A stretch of 64,000 bases of DNA from Candidatus Xianfuyuplasma coldseepsis (GCF_014023125.1 NZ_CP048914.1:708698-772697); one strand, 5' to 3'; shown: positions 37,355-47,935, counted from the stretch's first letter. Notes: generated from the letters alone by a model not told the origin. Translations and numbers: made by a program.

Positions 37355-39046
37355 ATGAAATTTAGTGAATTTACATATGAGCGTCCCGACTTAGAACAAT
37401 ACAAAGCTCAAATGACGGACATTCTTAACAAAATGAAGGATACCCCAACCGTAGGTGAAGAACTCGCTCTCATTAAGAGCGTCTTTGATTTACAAGATGA
37501 ACTATCGACTATGGCTGGACTAGTCTCCACCAGACACAGTATTGATACTAGAGATGAATTCTACGAAAAAGAACAACAGTTCTTCAACGAAAACATTCCT
37601 CACTTGCAACAATACGACCAACAATTCTCGATCGCATTATTGGAATCTAAAAATCGCAAAGCGTTGGAACAAGAATTTGGAACACTGTTATTTGATCAAG
37701 CGGAATTACAACGAAAAACATTTTCCGAAGAAATTATCCCAGAATTACAACTTGAAAACAAACTATCGATGGAGTATCAAAAACTCTTAAGTAGTGCGAA
37801 AATCGAGTTTAAAGATGGAACATATAATCTCAGTCAAATGCGTCCATTTACCCAAGACTTGGATCGTCAAACACGCCATGATGCCCAACTTGTTGTATCA
37901 AAATGGTTTGAAGACCACGAAAAAGAGATTGATGATATCTACGATAAAATGGTCGAAGCACGTCATTCAATGGCGATAAAACTCGGATACGAGAACTATG
38001 TCCAATTAGGCTATGACAAACTCGGTCGTACCGATTATAACTGGAAAGACGTGAAAACCTATCGTGATCAAATCTATCAAGATGTTGTTCCGGTTGTCAA
38101 TGAACTTGCGGAACGCAAAGGAAAGCGAATTGGTATTGACAATCCCAAATCCTACGACTTAACACTCTCCTTCTTAGATGGTAACCCGACACCAAAAGGA
38201 GATAGTAAATGGCAGTTAAATGTAGCGAAAACCATGTATGAAGAAATGTCACCAAAAACCGGTGAGTTCATTAATTTCATGATTGACAAAGAACTGCTTG
38301 AACTAGACGCCAAAGAAGGAAAATCCGGTGGTGGATATTGTACGTATTTCCCAACATTTGAAACCCCATTTATCTTTGCCAACTTCAACGGCACCAGCGG
38401 TGATGTGGATGTCTTAACCCATGAAGCAGGACATGCGTTCCAAGTCTATTCCAGTCGTCACAACATCCCTGTGTATCGCTGGCCAACATTAGAAGCTGCT
38501 GAAATCCACTCGATGAGTATGGAATTCCTTGCTTGGCCATGGATTGATGGATTCTTTAAAGAGGATACACCAAAATATAAGTTCGATCATCTTGCTTCCG
38601 CACTTAGCTTCTTACCCTATGGTGTAGCGGTTGATGAATTCCAACATGGTATCTATGAGAATCCCAAGTTAACCCCAGATGAGCGAAAAACTTTATGGCG
38701 TAGTATTGAAAAGAAATACCTTCCATTCAAAGATTACGATGACGATGCCTTTTTAGACAAAGGAACGTTCTGGTACCGACAAGGACATATCTTCGGTGTA
38801 CCATTTTATTACATCGATTACACCCTTGCTCAAGTTGTCGCCTTCCAATATTGGATTAAGAGCCAGGAAAATCATAGCAAAGCGCTGGAAGAATACATTG
38901 CCCTTTGTGAACGTGGTGGATCCAAAAGCTTTGTTGCTCTACTAGATAGTGCATCGCTAGAAAATCCATTCATTCAAGGTACAGTTAGCAAAATTGTTAA
39001 ACCCATCAAAGCCTATTTAGATGGCATTGACGACACAACCTTATAA
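37355..39046 (+). CDS. pepF: M3-family oligoendopeptidase (PepF-like)
   Basis: HEAGHAF zinc motif. 563 aa. Confidence 0.8.
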   Translation: MKFSEFTYERPDLEQYKAQMTDILNKMKDTPTVGEELALIKSVFDLQDELSTMAGLVSTRHSIDTRDEFYEKEQQFFNENIPHLQQYDQQFSIALLESKNRKALEQEFGTLLFDQAELQRKTFSEEIIPELQLENKLSMEYQKLLSSAKIEFKDGTYNLSQMRPFTQDLDRQTRHDAQLVVSKWFEDHEKEIDDIYDKMVEARHSMAIKLGYENYVQLGYDKLGRTDYNWKDVKTYRDQIYQDVVPVVNELAERKGKRIGIDNPKSYDLTLSFLDGNPTPKGDSKWQLNVAKTMYEEMSPKTGEFINFMIDKELLELDAKEGKSGGGYCTYFPTFETPFIFANFNGTSGDVDVLTHEAGHAFQVYSSRHNIPVYRWPTLEAAEIHSMSMEFLAWPWIDGFFKEDTPKYKFDHLASALSFLPYGVAVDEFQHGIYENPKLTPDERKTLWRSIEKKYLPFKDYDDDAFLDKGTFWYRQGHIFGVPFYYIDYTLAQVVAFQYWIKSQENHSKALEEYIALCERGGSKSFVALLDSASLENPFIQGTVSKIVKPIKAYLDGIDDTTL

Positions 39047-39049
39047 CAA

Positions 39050-39083
39050 TTAAAAAGCATAATGCCACATGCATTATGCTTTT
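39050..39083 (+). terminator. Rho-independent terminator (AAAAAGCATAATGC...GCATTATGCTTTTTT)
   Basis: A long hairpin plus a T-run after pepF. Confidence 0.7.
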
Positions 39084-39086
39084 TTC

Positions 39087-39305
39087 TTATACTAAATATT
39101 TTAAGTCGTTATTGAGAATTACAGATACCAAATCAACAATAAAGAATAGTGGGAACAATACAATGTTCAATATGACTAATACAAGATTCTTCTTACTTAA
39201 ACGATACAAGACCCCAAGAATAATATTTGTAATGGGAATAATCGCTAAAATTAAGGATACAATAAACGGTTGTTTCAAATACGCTTTGTTCGTTTTGGCT
39301 GCCAT
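39087..39305 (-). CDS. Small membrane protein (72 aa, 2 TM)
   Basis: AGGAGG RBS. Preferred over the overlapping plus-strand ORF 39076-39354. Confidence 0.35.
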   Translation of the reverse strand: MAAKTNKAYLKQPFIVSLILAIIPITNIILGVLYRLSKKNLVLVILNIVLFPLFFIVDLVSVILNNDLKYLV

Positions 39306-39437
39306 ATTTCCTCCTACTTTTTTCTTTATTCTACCACATAGATTGAAAACATAAAAGCATATTTCACTATGTGTGTTATTTCAACTTTTTATCGTGTTTT
39401 GTTTTTGATACAATAAAAGTAGATAGGAGGTAGTGGT

Positions 39438-40307
39438 ATGGAATCATTGTTTTATACAGTATTATCAGAGCAAGCAGTCCATTGTCATGTATGTGAACAT
39501 CACTGTGTTATCAAAGATAATGACATGGGTATTTGCGGTGTCCGAAAAAACAATAATGGCGTATTAAAGGTCTTAAACTACAATAAAACCATTTCTGTCT
39601 CCATTGATCCGATACGTAAAAAACCTCTCTATCACTTTCTTCAAAACACGAATACGTATAGTTTTGCGGCGATAGGTTGCAATCTACGATGTGCGTGGTG
39701 TCAAAACTATTCCATCTCCCAATCACAACATACCTTCAATAGTATCCCCGGTAAACCAATCAAACCACAACAGCATGTAGATCAAGCCATTCACTATGGT
39801 TGTCCGTCCATATCCTACACCTACTCAGAACCAACAATATACGTTGAATACGCATTAGAAACAATGAAACTAGCTCATAAACAAGGTCTCAAGAATATTT
39901 GGGTTACCAATGGCTTCATGTCAGAACAAACAATACGAGCTATCATCCCGTATCTAGACGCAGTAAACATTGATTATAAAGCTTCAAGTGAAGAAATATA
40001 TTCATCCTACATTGGGGGACGACCTGAACCAATCCTACGCAACATGAAGCTATTTAAAGAAGCTAGTGTTCATATAGAAGTAACGACACTAATAATTCCT
40101 GGAGTGAACGATTCAACCAAAGAATTAACAAGTATTGTGGAGGATCTAACAAATACGTTAAGACATGATTTCATCTGGCACATATCTCGCTTCTTCCCTT
40201 CCTATAAAATGAAGAGTACAAGTCCAACACCAATGAATACGTTACGAACAGCAAAAGATATTGGAACATCATACGGAATTCAACACATCTATCTCGGTAA
40301 TGTATAA
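39438..40307 (+). CDS. amrS: AmmeMemoRadiSam system radical SAM enzyme
   Basis: CNLRCAWC radical-SAM cysteine triad, with an additional N-terminal Cys cluster. It precedes a Memo/AMMECR1 gene. Confidence 0.75.
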   Translation: MESLFYTVLSEQAVHCHVCEHHCVIKDNDMGICGVRKNNNGVLKVLNYNKTISVSIDPIRKKPLYHFLQNTNTYSFAAIGCNLRCAWCQNYSISQSQHTFNSIPGKPIKPQQHVDQAIHYGCPSISYTYSEPTIYVEYALETMKLAHKQGLKNIWVTNGFMSEQTIRAIIPYLDAVNIDYKASSEEIYSSYIGGRPEPILRNMKLFKEASVHIEVTTLIIPGVNDSTKELTSIVEDLTNTLRHDFIWHISRFFPSYKMKSTSPTPMNTLRTAKDIGTSYGIQHIYLGNV

Positions 40308-40318
40308 GGAGTGATTTG

Positions 40319-41698
40319 ATGATTCTAAAAGCATATACCGTTCCCCACCCCCCAATTATTATTCCAGAGATTGGTCGAGGTGAAGAACGTAAAATACAAG
40401 CAACGATTGATGCCTATCATGCGATTGCCAAGGAGATTCGAGATCTACAACCGGATACGATCATCATCTCCTCGCCTCACTCAACTGTATACTCCAATTA
40501 CTTTCACATATCTCCCCATTCAAAAGCATCCGGTTCCTTTATCTCTTTTGGATTCCCCACAATCTCAACCAATGTCTCCTATGATACAACTCTCGTGCAA
40601 CGAATCGAAGAACTAGCCATCCTTAGCGATATTCCTGCGGGAACGCAAGGTGAACGAGATAACCAGCTTGATCATGGTGTCTTGGTTCCACTGTACTTTA
40701 TTAACCAATATTATAGCGACTATAAACTTGTCCGCATTGGTCCGTCAGGACTCTCTTCACAAGAACACTATCGCCTAGGACAAACCATCCAAAAAGCATT
40801 GGATTCAGATAAGAAAGTAATCTACATCGCAAGTGGTGATTTATCCCATAAATTAAAAAAAGATGGTCCTTATGGCTTTGTTAAAGAAGGTCCTATCTTT
40901 GATCGGGAAATCGTCTCCATATTGAACGAGGCAAACTTCTTAAAACTGTTATCTCTTGATTCCACCCTATGTCACAAAGCAGCCGAATGTGGATATGGAT
41001 CATTTAATATTATGGCTGGTGTATTAGATGGTTATGATGTGATATCAAACGTATACAGCTATGAAGGGCCATTTGGTGTCGGTTATGTCGTTGCTGGATT
41101 CACACCAACATCCCCAAACATAAATCGCCACTTTTTATCTCAATATAATGAATCACTACAGGAAGGGCAACGCTCTATCCGCAACCACGAAGATGAATAT
41201 GTAACCTTAGCACGACAATCCTTGGAGTACTACATCAATCATCACAAACCATTACCCCGACCGAAAAACTTGTCCAAAGAATTAACCTCTTCCAAAGCTG
41301 GAGTCTTTGTCTCATTACATAAAAACGGACGTTTACGAGGATGCATCGGTACTACAGGTCCAACAACCATTTGTATCGCTGATGAAATTATTCATAATGC
41401 GATTAGTGCTGGCACAAGAGATCCTCGCTTTCCAAAAGTTACTGCAAAGGAACTGCCTGACATTATCTATTCTGTGGATGTCTTATTCCCTCCAGAAGCA
41501 ATCACATCCATCAACGATCTTGATCCGAAACGATACGGTGTTATCGTTAAGAGTGGTTACAAATCTGGATTGTTACTTCCCAATCTAAATGGAGTTGATA
41601 CTGCTGAGGAGCAGGTTGACATCGCCCGTCAAAAAGCTGGAATCCATAAAAAAGATAACTATACGTTAAAACGGTTTGAAGTGATACGCCATCATTAA
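40319..41698 (+). CDS. Fused AmmeMemoRadiSam protein B (Memo-like dioxygenase fold) and protein A (AMMECR1 domain)
   Basis: 459 aa. Memo-like N-half (HSPHS..., SGDLSH). The C-half GVFVSLHKNGRLRGCIGT is the AMMECR1 signature. Confidence 0.7.
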   Translation: MILKAYTVPHPPIIIPEIGRGEERKIQATIDAYHAIAKEIRDLQPDTIIISSPHSTVYSNYFHISPHSKASGSFISFGFPTISTNVSYDTTLVQRIEELAILSDIPAGTQGERDNQLDHGVLVPLYFINQYYSDYKLVRIGPSGLSSQEHYRLGQTIQKALDSDKKVIYIASGDLSHKLKKDGPYGFVKEGPIFDREIVSILNEANFLKLLSLDSTLCHKAAECGYGSFNIMAGVLDGYDVISNVYSYEGPFGVGYVVAGFTPTSPNINRHFLSQYNESLQEGQRSIRNHEDEYVTLARQSLEYYINHHKPLPRPKNLSKELTSSKAGVFVSLHKNGRLRGCIGTTGPTTICIADEIIHNAISAGTRDPRFPKVTAKELPDIIYSVDVLFPPEAITSINDLDPKRYGVIVKSGYKSGLLLPNLNGVDTAEEQVDIARQKAGIHKKDNYTLKRFEVIRHH

Positions 41699-41726
41699 AT
41701 AAATAAAAAATCCATGAGTGGATTTT

Positions 41727-41921
41727 TTATTTTAAGATGTTTTTTTCAATGATCCAGTATAGGATTACACCTACATATGGAAGTAGAATAATGATAATTG
41801 CCCATACCAACTTACTAAGATTCTTCGGTTTTTTACCAGTTACAAGAACATAGAGTGTATACACGACTAAAATGAACCACACAAAACCTAATATACCTTG
41901 AAAAGCGTTAACTAATAACAT
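41727..41921 (-). CDS. PLDc_N-domain small membrane protein (second copy in the window)
   Basis: LSKLVWAIIIILLPYVGVILYWIIE. Confidence 0.45.
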   Translation of the reverse strand: MLLVNAFQGILGFVWFILVVYTLYVLVTGKKPKNLSKLVWAIIIILLPYVGVILYWIIEKNILK

Positions 41922-42059
41922 TGTGTCCTCCTTAGATTATTTACTATAGTATACCATACCCAACAATCATCTACGAAGTACTACAGTAAAATATGCGTAA
42001 AGTATTATCCGTTTTGGACATAATATACTATAATAGAGCTATATGTTTGAGGTGACTCT

Positions 42060-43445
42060 ATGGGATCTGCTACTTACAAGAATGAAGCAACCTTATTTCA
42101 GATTAGTGCGTTTTCTGGTAACAATGCAGCGACAACATCATTGTCGTTAATTTTTACCGGCTTTTTTTTAGCATATGGAACCAATGTATATTCCTTTAGT
42201 CCAATTACAATTGGTGGAATTATGATGATCACTCGTATCCTAGACGCCTTCACAGATCCAATCATTGGTATTTTGGTCGACCGGACACATACTCGATTTG
42301 GACGGTTCCGTCCATGGATATTATTTGGATCCCTTTTAATGTGTCTTTCGTTCTTCTTGCTCTTTTTGGGACATGATTTTGGTAGTAATACCGCGAATTT
42401 AATCTGGATAATCAGTATGTATGTCCTTTGGGTAATCGGGTATACATTTCAAACAACCATCACCAAAGCGGGACAGAATGTTCTAACGAATCACCCCAAA
42501 CAACGAACATTGTACAGTGCCTTTACGCAGTTCTATTCAATGTTTCTATTACTATTCATTTACACGATAATGGTTCCTTTCCTAGATCGATTTGGAGGCT
42601 TCGCAAGTGCAGAAGCTTGGCGTAATCTAAGTCTCGTGATGATTGCGATTCAACTAGTCTTTACTGGATTTGCCCTAGCTGGATTGTGGAAAAAAGATGT
42701 GATCGAGAACTATGGTAAGAATCATGATGAGTTTCATCCTAAAGTTCGAGACTATATTCAAATGTTTAAGAATAATCGTGCCTTGACAATGCTCATTATT
42801 GCGGCATCCACAAATAAAACAGCGAATACAATGGTAAATGGTTTGGTTGTCTTCTTCTATGTGTACGTTGCTCAAGATGTTAGTAACCAAACACGGGTAA
42901 CTCCGTTTATGGGGATTGCGATGGCAATTGCCATTGTAATCACTACGATACTAACCAATCGAATTGGACGTAAAACTACATTTCTGCGTTCATCACAACT
43001 GGCATTTCTCTTTGGTCCAATTGCAATACTGGCAATTGCTTTAGCACCAACGCCAACACCCTTCATCGTCTTAGTATTTGTCTTTATGCTCTTTGCATTC
43101 ATCACTGCTGCGACCGAACTAAATATCATTCCAATGATTGGGGATACAGCGGATTACGAATACCACTTGTCAAAGCAGTTTGTTCCCGGAATGATTGGAT
43201 CTGCATTTAGCTTAATTGACAAGTTTATTAGTAGTTTTGCCGGACTATTTAACGGGTTAATCCTAGCTCTATTAGGCTATGTTAGTTTTGCTGATACTCC
43301 TCCAAACAATACTCTATTTTGGGGAATCTTAATTACCATTGCTGCGGTTCCTTCATTAGCTCATTTAGCAAGCATTATTGCGATATATTTCTATCCAATT
43401 GATGATGATACACTTCAAGAAACACTCGCATCTTCTCAAGTATAG
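42060..43445 (+). CDS. MFS/GPH-family transporter
   Basis: 12 TM helices with a GPH-like N-terminus. 461 aa. Confidence 0.65.
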   Translation: MGSATYKNEATLFQISAFSGNNAATTSLSLIFTGFFLAYGTNVYSFSPITIGGIMMITRILDAFTDPIIGILVDRTHTRFGRFRPWILFGSLLMCLSFFLLFLGHDFGSNTANLIWIISMYVLWVIGYTFQTTITKAGQNVLTNHPKQRTLYSAFTQFYSMFLLLFIYTIMVPFLDRFGGFASAEAWRNLSLVMIAIQLVFTGFALAGLWKKDVIENYGKNHDEFHPKVRDYIQMFKNNRALTMLIIAASTNKTANTMVNGLVVFFYVYVAQDVSNQTRVTPFMGIAMAIAIVITTILTNRIGRKTTFLRSSQLAFLFGPIAILAIALAPTPTPFIVLVFVFMLFAFITAATELNIIPMIGDTADYEYHLSKQFVPGMIGSAFSLIDKFISSFAGLFNGLILALLGYVSFADTPPNNTLFWGILITIAAVPSLAHLASIIAIYFYPIDDDTLQETLASSQV

Positions 43446-43515
43446 ACGCCACATTGGCGTTTTTATTTTGGCAATAAAAAAGTCCGTTCTATTCGAACAG
43501 ACTTTGTCGTTATTA

Positions 43516-43592
43516 TGGTGACCCGTACGGGATTCGAACCCGTGAATGCATGCGTGAAAGGCATGTGAGTTAAACCGCTTCTCCAACGGGCC
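43516..43592 (-). tRNA. tRNA-Glu: tRNA-Glu (TTC anticodon)
   Basis: Reverse complement GGCCCGTTGGAGAAGCGGTTTAACTCACATGCCTTTCACGCATGCATTCACGGGTTCGAATCCCGTACGGGTCACCA. Confidence 0.8.
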
Positions 43593-43609
43593 AACTAGAA
43601 CGCTTTTTC

Positions 43610-43639
43610 ATTATAACAAAAACCATTCTTTAAAGTCAA
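43610..43639 (-). promoter_or_regulatory. Promoter of tRNA-Glu (TTGACT-17/18-TATAAT, minus strand)
   Basis: Read on the minus strand just upstream of the tRNA 5' end. The arsC terminator hairpin (43636-43656) is adjacent. Confidence 0.45.
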
Positions 43640-43659
43640 TAGGCAGAAAAAAAAGGAGA

Positions 43660-44061
43660 TTATAATTCTCCTTTTTGTACTCTTTCAATTAATTCAATGA
43701 CTTTTTCCTTTATGATATCACGGGTTTCCTCAAACCCTTCTTTCGGTCCTCCACTTGGATCGTCCAGTCCCCAATCCTCACGATGATTCGTAGGAACATA
43801 CGGACATTCTACACCACATCCCATAGTAATCAGGATATCCAATTCAGAAGGAATATCACTTAGTAACTTACTACTGGCATGTGACATATCGACACCAGCA
43901 TCATTCATAACTTCTAATGCCATAGGTTTGGGTCCAGGATAGACTTCAGTTCCTGCAGAGTATACATCCAGTACATCCGCTCCTAGTTCCCGTGCCCAAC
44001 CTTCGGCCATAATACTACGACAACTATTATGAACGCAGACAAATGCGACGACTTTTTTCAT
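43660..44061 (-). CDS. arsC: Arsenate reductase, LMW-PTP family (thioredoxin-coupled ArsC)
   Basis: CVHNSCRS P-loop. 133 aa. Confidence 0.8.
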   Translation of the reverse strand: MKKVVAFVCVHNSCRSIMAEGWARELGADVLDVYSAGTEVYPGPKPMALEVMNDAGVDMSHASSKLLSDIPSELDILITMGCGVECPYVPTNHREDWGLDDPSGGPKEGFEETRDIIKEKVIELIERVQKGEL

Positions 44062-44160
44062 ATTTCAAACCTCCTTGTTATGCACCTATATTATATCGGA
44101 TGAAAATGCAATGGGCAATCAATTTACATAACGATAACATTTCTTATAAAAAAAGAGACC

Positions 44161-44382
44161 TTAGTCGGTCTCCTCAAATGTAATCTGAATCACATCATCG
44201 ACTGGAATATCAAAGATTTGTGCGATTTTAGCTACAAGCACAAAAGATGGAGAATACTTGTTTTGTTCCAAGGAGATAATGGTCTGTCTAGTGCATCCGA
44301 CTAAATTCGCCAGAACCTCTTGACTCATTTGATGTTGATAGCGATAATCTTTTATCGTGTTCGATACCTGTTTAATCTTCAT
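44161..44382 (-). CDS. XRE-family HTH regulator (short)
   Basis: HTH QEVLANLVGCTRQTIISLEQNKYSPSFVLVAKIAQIF. Start set at MKIKQ. Confidence 0.6.
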   Translation of the reverse strand: MKIKQVSNTIKDYRYQHQMSQEVLANLVGCTRQTIISLEQNKYSPSFVLVAKIAQIFDIPVDDVIQITFEETD

Positions 44383-44806
44383 ACCCAACACCCTTGTGTT
44401 CGAAGAGTAGATATAAGCCACTATGTAGCATGAATGCCACAAAAATCGTCGTATAGGCGATAAACCACAACCACGCAACAGGTAGACCTACTTCGAACTC
44501 ATAGGAAATATATAGCGTCATGACCAAGGCATACACATAGAGTAATATTCCAATTACAGAAACACTACTTGTCCGGTACTGAATCAACTGTGTTCGTTCA
44601 TCCAATGGTTCTACCTTATCTTTTGATAACAATAGGATTTGGATTACTCCACCGACAAATAAAAGAATCGCAGAGAGTAATCGAAACAGCTGATTTTCCT
44701 GCCATTGATCAACATCTTTCAAGACAAAAAACAACACAATAAATACTGTCATAATCACACTCCACATTACAAGTGATATCACTGCACTTTGACGTCTCAT
44801 TCTCAT
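44372..44806 (-). CDS. Membrane protein (4 TM) upstream of the HTH regulator
   Basis: Hydrophobic profile. Operonic overlap. Confidence 0.5.
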   Translation of the reverse strand: MRMRRQSAVISLVMWSVIMTVFIVLFFVLKDVDQWQENQLFRLLSAILLFVGGVIQILLLSKDKVEPLDERTQLIQYRTSSVSVIGILLYVYALVMTLYISYEFEVGLPVAWLWFIAYTTIFVAFMLHSGLYLLFEHKGVGYED

Positions 44807-44954
44807 TGGATTACCTCCATATTTCTTGATATTATTATTGTAATATATTTTTTACATAGTGTCAAATATATATTACATTCATTTCGTAGGCAACCAACCG
44901 GTATACGTCTTAATATAAACAAAAAACGGACATTTGTCCGTTTTCATTTTTAAA

Positions 44955-45045
44955 TGGCGGAGTAGGAGAGATTTGAACTCTCGCGCCGCGTCAACGACCT
45001 ATACCCTTAGCAGGGGCACCTCTTCAGCCACTTGAGTACTACTCC
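44955..45045 (-). tRNA. tRNA-Ser: tRNA-Ser (GCT anticodon, long variable arm)
   Basis: Reverse complement GGAGTAGTACTCAAGTGGCTGAAGAGGTGCCCCTGCTAAGGGTATAGGTCGTTGACGCGGCGCGAGAGTTCAAATCTCTCCTACTCCGCCA. Confidence 0.85.
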
Positions 45046-45061
45046 AACTGTTAGCCTTTAT

Positions 45062-45090
45062 ATAATAATATATTTTAGGCTAACTGTCAA
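45062..45090 (-). promoter_or_regulatory. Promoter of tRNA-Ser (TTGACA-17-TATTAT, minus strand)
   Basis: -35 at 45085-45090 and -10 at 45062-45067, read on the minus strand. Confidence 0.5.
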
Positions 45091-45112
45091 TAAGATGTGT
45101 TCTTAATTTAAC

Positions 45113-47317
45113 CTACTTTGTATAAGGGGCATTTTCCTTTATCATAGTCAGTTGTAAACGATGACGTTTTAAGTCAACATCTTTGACCCAAACAGTCACA
45201 ATCTCCCCAACACTAACAACGTCAAGAGGATGTTTGACATATCCTTTTGCAAGTTGTGATATATGGACTAATCCATCATCTTTAACACCACAATCGACGA
45301 AGGCACCAAAGTCAACGACATTACGAACGGTACCTTGGAGTTCCATACCAGGACGTAAATCTTCTAACTTCAATACATCACTACGAAGAATTGGTGGTTC
45401 AACATCATCACGAGGATCACGAAGTGGTGCGACAAAGATATCCATAATATCCTCAACAGTATGTAATCCAGCGTCAAGTTTTTTGGCGATTTGCATTTTA
45501 CTCATATTAGCGAACTTCAATTTAAGAATAATGTTTCCAATATCATCATAATCCAATTTCAACTCTTCCATTAAACGAAGCGCTAAATCATAACTTTCGG
45601 GGTGAATTCCAGTTTTGTCAAAGGGGTTGTCCCCATTTAGTATTCGCAAGAATCCAACCGCTTGTTCATATGCTTTTTCACCTAAACGTGGTACTTTTAG
45701 TAGTTGTTCACGATTGGTGAACGGTCCATTTTTCTCACGATATTTAACGATATTTTCAGCAACAGTTTTATTTAATCCAGCAACATATTGTAGTAATTGA
45801 ACGGATGCAGTATTGACATTCACACCAACTTGGTTAACAGCCGTTTCGACGACAAAATCAAGAGAATCGCTTAAGTTCTTTTGTGAAACGTCATGTTGGT
45901 ATTGTCCGACACCGATGCTTTTTGGATCGATTTTAACCAATTCACTAAGCGGATCTTGTAGACGACGGGCAATACTTACTGCACTACGTTCTTCGACAGC
46001 GAGTTTCGGAAACTCATCTTTCGCTAGTTCACTTGCACTGTATACCGAAGCTCCCGCTTCATTTACGATAACATAGAATAACTTTTTACCCATGTCTTTT
46101 TCAACATACTTGATAACGTTAATGATAAATTGTTCCGTTTCACGAGATGCTGTACCATTACCGATAGCAATGATGTCTATATCGTATTTTTTAATCAAGT
46201 TTGTAACTTTAAATCCTGCTTCATTACGGCGGATTTGAGAGACATTTTCACCAGGGAATTTTTGATGGGGATAAATCACATCAATTTCTTGCATGGTTCC
46301 CATTTTATCAACGACTGCCAGTTTACATCCGGTTCGGTACGCTGGGTCTACACCGAGAACCATTTTTCCCTTCATTGGAGGTTGTAACAGTAAACTCCGT
46401 AAATTTTCACTAAATATATGAATCGCATTTTGATCGGCTTTTTCCGTTAATTCACTACGAATTTCACGTTCAATCGATGGTCCAATCAACCGTTTATATG
46501 CATCACGTACGGCGTCTTTAATAAACGGTACGACATACGATGCTTTGTTCTTGATGACTTGACGATCTAAATATTCATGAATTTTCTCATCATTGATATT
46601 AACTTTTACCGTCAGAACTTTTTCCTTTTCTGCTCTGTTTAAAGCCAATACACGATACAATTTAATGTTGCGGATTGGTTCTGAAAATTCATAATACATT
46701 TCATAGATTTTCATCTCATCTTTAGCATTTTTCTTAATCGATGAATCCAGTGTTCCTTGCTTAAACGTATGGTTACGAATCCATTTACGATAATCACTGG
46801 AATCACTAATGTCTTCCGCAATAATGTACAGAGCACCTTGAATCGCATCCTCAACAGTAGGTACTTCTTCGGTTACAAACTCTTCCGCTTTTTCTTCCAA
46901 AGATCCTTCCGTAGGAAACGTTTCAATGAACTCCGCAAGGGGTTTTAGTCCTTGTTTCACTGCGATTGTCGCCTTGGTTTTCTTTTTCTCTTTAAACGGA
47001 CGATACAAGTCTTCGACATCAACCAGTTTCTCCGCTTTCATAATCTCTTCGTGTAATTCCTCGGTTAACAGACCTTTTTCATCAATTAAGCGAATAACGT
47101 CTTCTTTACGTTTTAGTAAGTTAACACTGTATTCATATTCCTTGTTAATTTCGCGAATTTGCTCTTCATCAAGAGCCCCGGTTTGCTCTTTCCGATACCG
47201 TGCTATAAAAGGTACGGTATTCCCTTCTTCGAGCATTTCAAGTACCGTCTTAATCTGTTTGCGGGAAATGTTTAAATTGGCCGCAATGTCATTCATAAGT
47301 TTGTTGTTAAATTCCAT
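45113..47317 (-). CDS. tex: Transcription accessory protein Tex
   Basis: 734 aa with YqgF/HhH/S1 domains (C-terminal S1: GTVRNVVDFGAFVD). Confidence 0.85.
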   Translation of the reverse strand: MEFNNKLMNDIAANLNISRKQIKTVLEMLEEGNTVPFIARYRKEQTGALDEEQIREINKEYEYSVNLLKRKEDVIRLIDEKGLLTEELHEEIMKAEKLVDVEDLYRPFKEKKKTKATIAVKQGLKPLAEFIETFPTEGSLEEKAEEFVTEEVPTVEDAIQGALYIIAEDISDSSDYRKWIRNHTFKQGTLDSSIKKNAKDEMKIYEMYYEFSEPIRNIKLYRVLALNRAEKEKVLTVKVNINDEKIHEYLDRQVIKNKASYVVPFIKDAVRDAYKRLIGPSIEREIRSELTEKADQNAIHIFSENLRSLLLQPPMKGKMVLGVDPAYRTGCKLAVVDKMGTMQEIDVIYPHQKFPGENVSQIRRNEAGFKVTNLIKKYDIDIIAIGNGTASRETEQFIINVIKYVEKDMGKKLFYVIVNEAGASVYSASELAKDEFPKLAVEERSAVSIARRLQDPLSELVKIDPKSIGVGQYQHDVSQKNLSDSLDFVVETAVNQVGVNVNTASVQLLQYVAGLNKTVAENIVKYREKNGPFTNREQLLKVPRLGEKAYEQAVGFLRILNGDNPFDKTGIHPESYDLALRLMEELKLDYDDIGNIILKLKFANMSKMQIAKKLDAGLHTVEDIMDIFVAPLRDPRDDVEPPILRSDVLKLEDLRPGMELQGTVRNVVDFGAFVDCGVKDDGLVHISQLAKGYVKHPLDVVSVGEIVTVWVKDVDLKRHRLQLTMIKENAPYTK

Positions 47318-47364
47318 TCTAATTCCTCCTAAAAAAGATAAAAATAGCCTAACTTGTAGGCTAT

Positions 47365-47847
47365 TTAGTTAAAGTCATAAGTTCCATCATTGATCGCTTC
47401 GAACGTATCCAATACCTGAACATAGCCTGGTGCCATATGGGTGATTTGTCCATCTACAACTGTGATAAGTGATGGTGTCCCATCCATTGTCGCGAGTGTA
47501 TCAGGATCAGTCACAATCCGATCTTTACCAGTTGACGCGAGATTATCAAGGAAATACACCTTTACATCCGCTTCATTATCATCAGCAAAATTCAATACTT
47601 GTAATTTTATATCGGTACAAATACTGCATGACTCGCTATAAAAATAGACCAAATACTGATCTTCTGGCTGATCTTCGATATCATAGAAATCGGTAATATG
47701 ATCAAAGCTATCATAGGTTAGTTCTTCGCTAAAAATGTTGTATAAGATTAATCCTACAACAAGGGAAACGATAACTGCAGCAAATCCAACAAGCAAATAC
47801 GTTAGAAAACGGTCATTGTTAGATTTTGCAAAAGAACTCTTTGCCAT
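47365..47847 (-). CDS. Membrane-anchored thioredoxin-like protein
   Basis: N-terminal TM and a CSIC (CxxC) motif. Confidence 0.5.
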   Translation of the reverse strand: MAKSSFAKSNNDRFLTYLLVGFAAVIVSLVVGLILYNIFSEELTYDSFDHITDFYDIEDQPEDQYLVYFYSESCSICTDIKLQVLNFADDNEADVKVYFLDNLASTGKDRIVTDPDTLATMDGTPSLITVVDGQITHMAPGYVQVLDTFEAINDGTYDFN

Positions 47848-47935
47848 AAATCATCAACTCCTAGCCTAATCTATTGTATTAGAAATAGGAAAATTTTGCA
47901 AGAATAAAACCCATCAAAAAAACACCCGAAGGTGT

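Noticed and set aside
39076-39354. Plus-strand 92-aa ORF overlapping the minus-strand 72-aa membrane ORF
   Set aside because: It starts inside the pepF terminator hairpin and lacks an RBS. The antisense minus-strand ORF has AGGAGG and a clean 2-TM profile, though neither call is strong.
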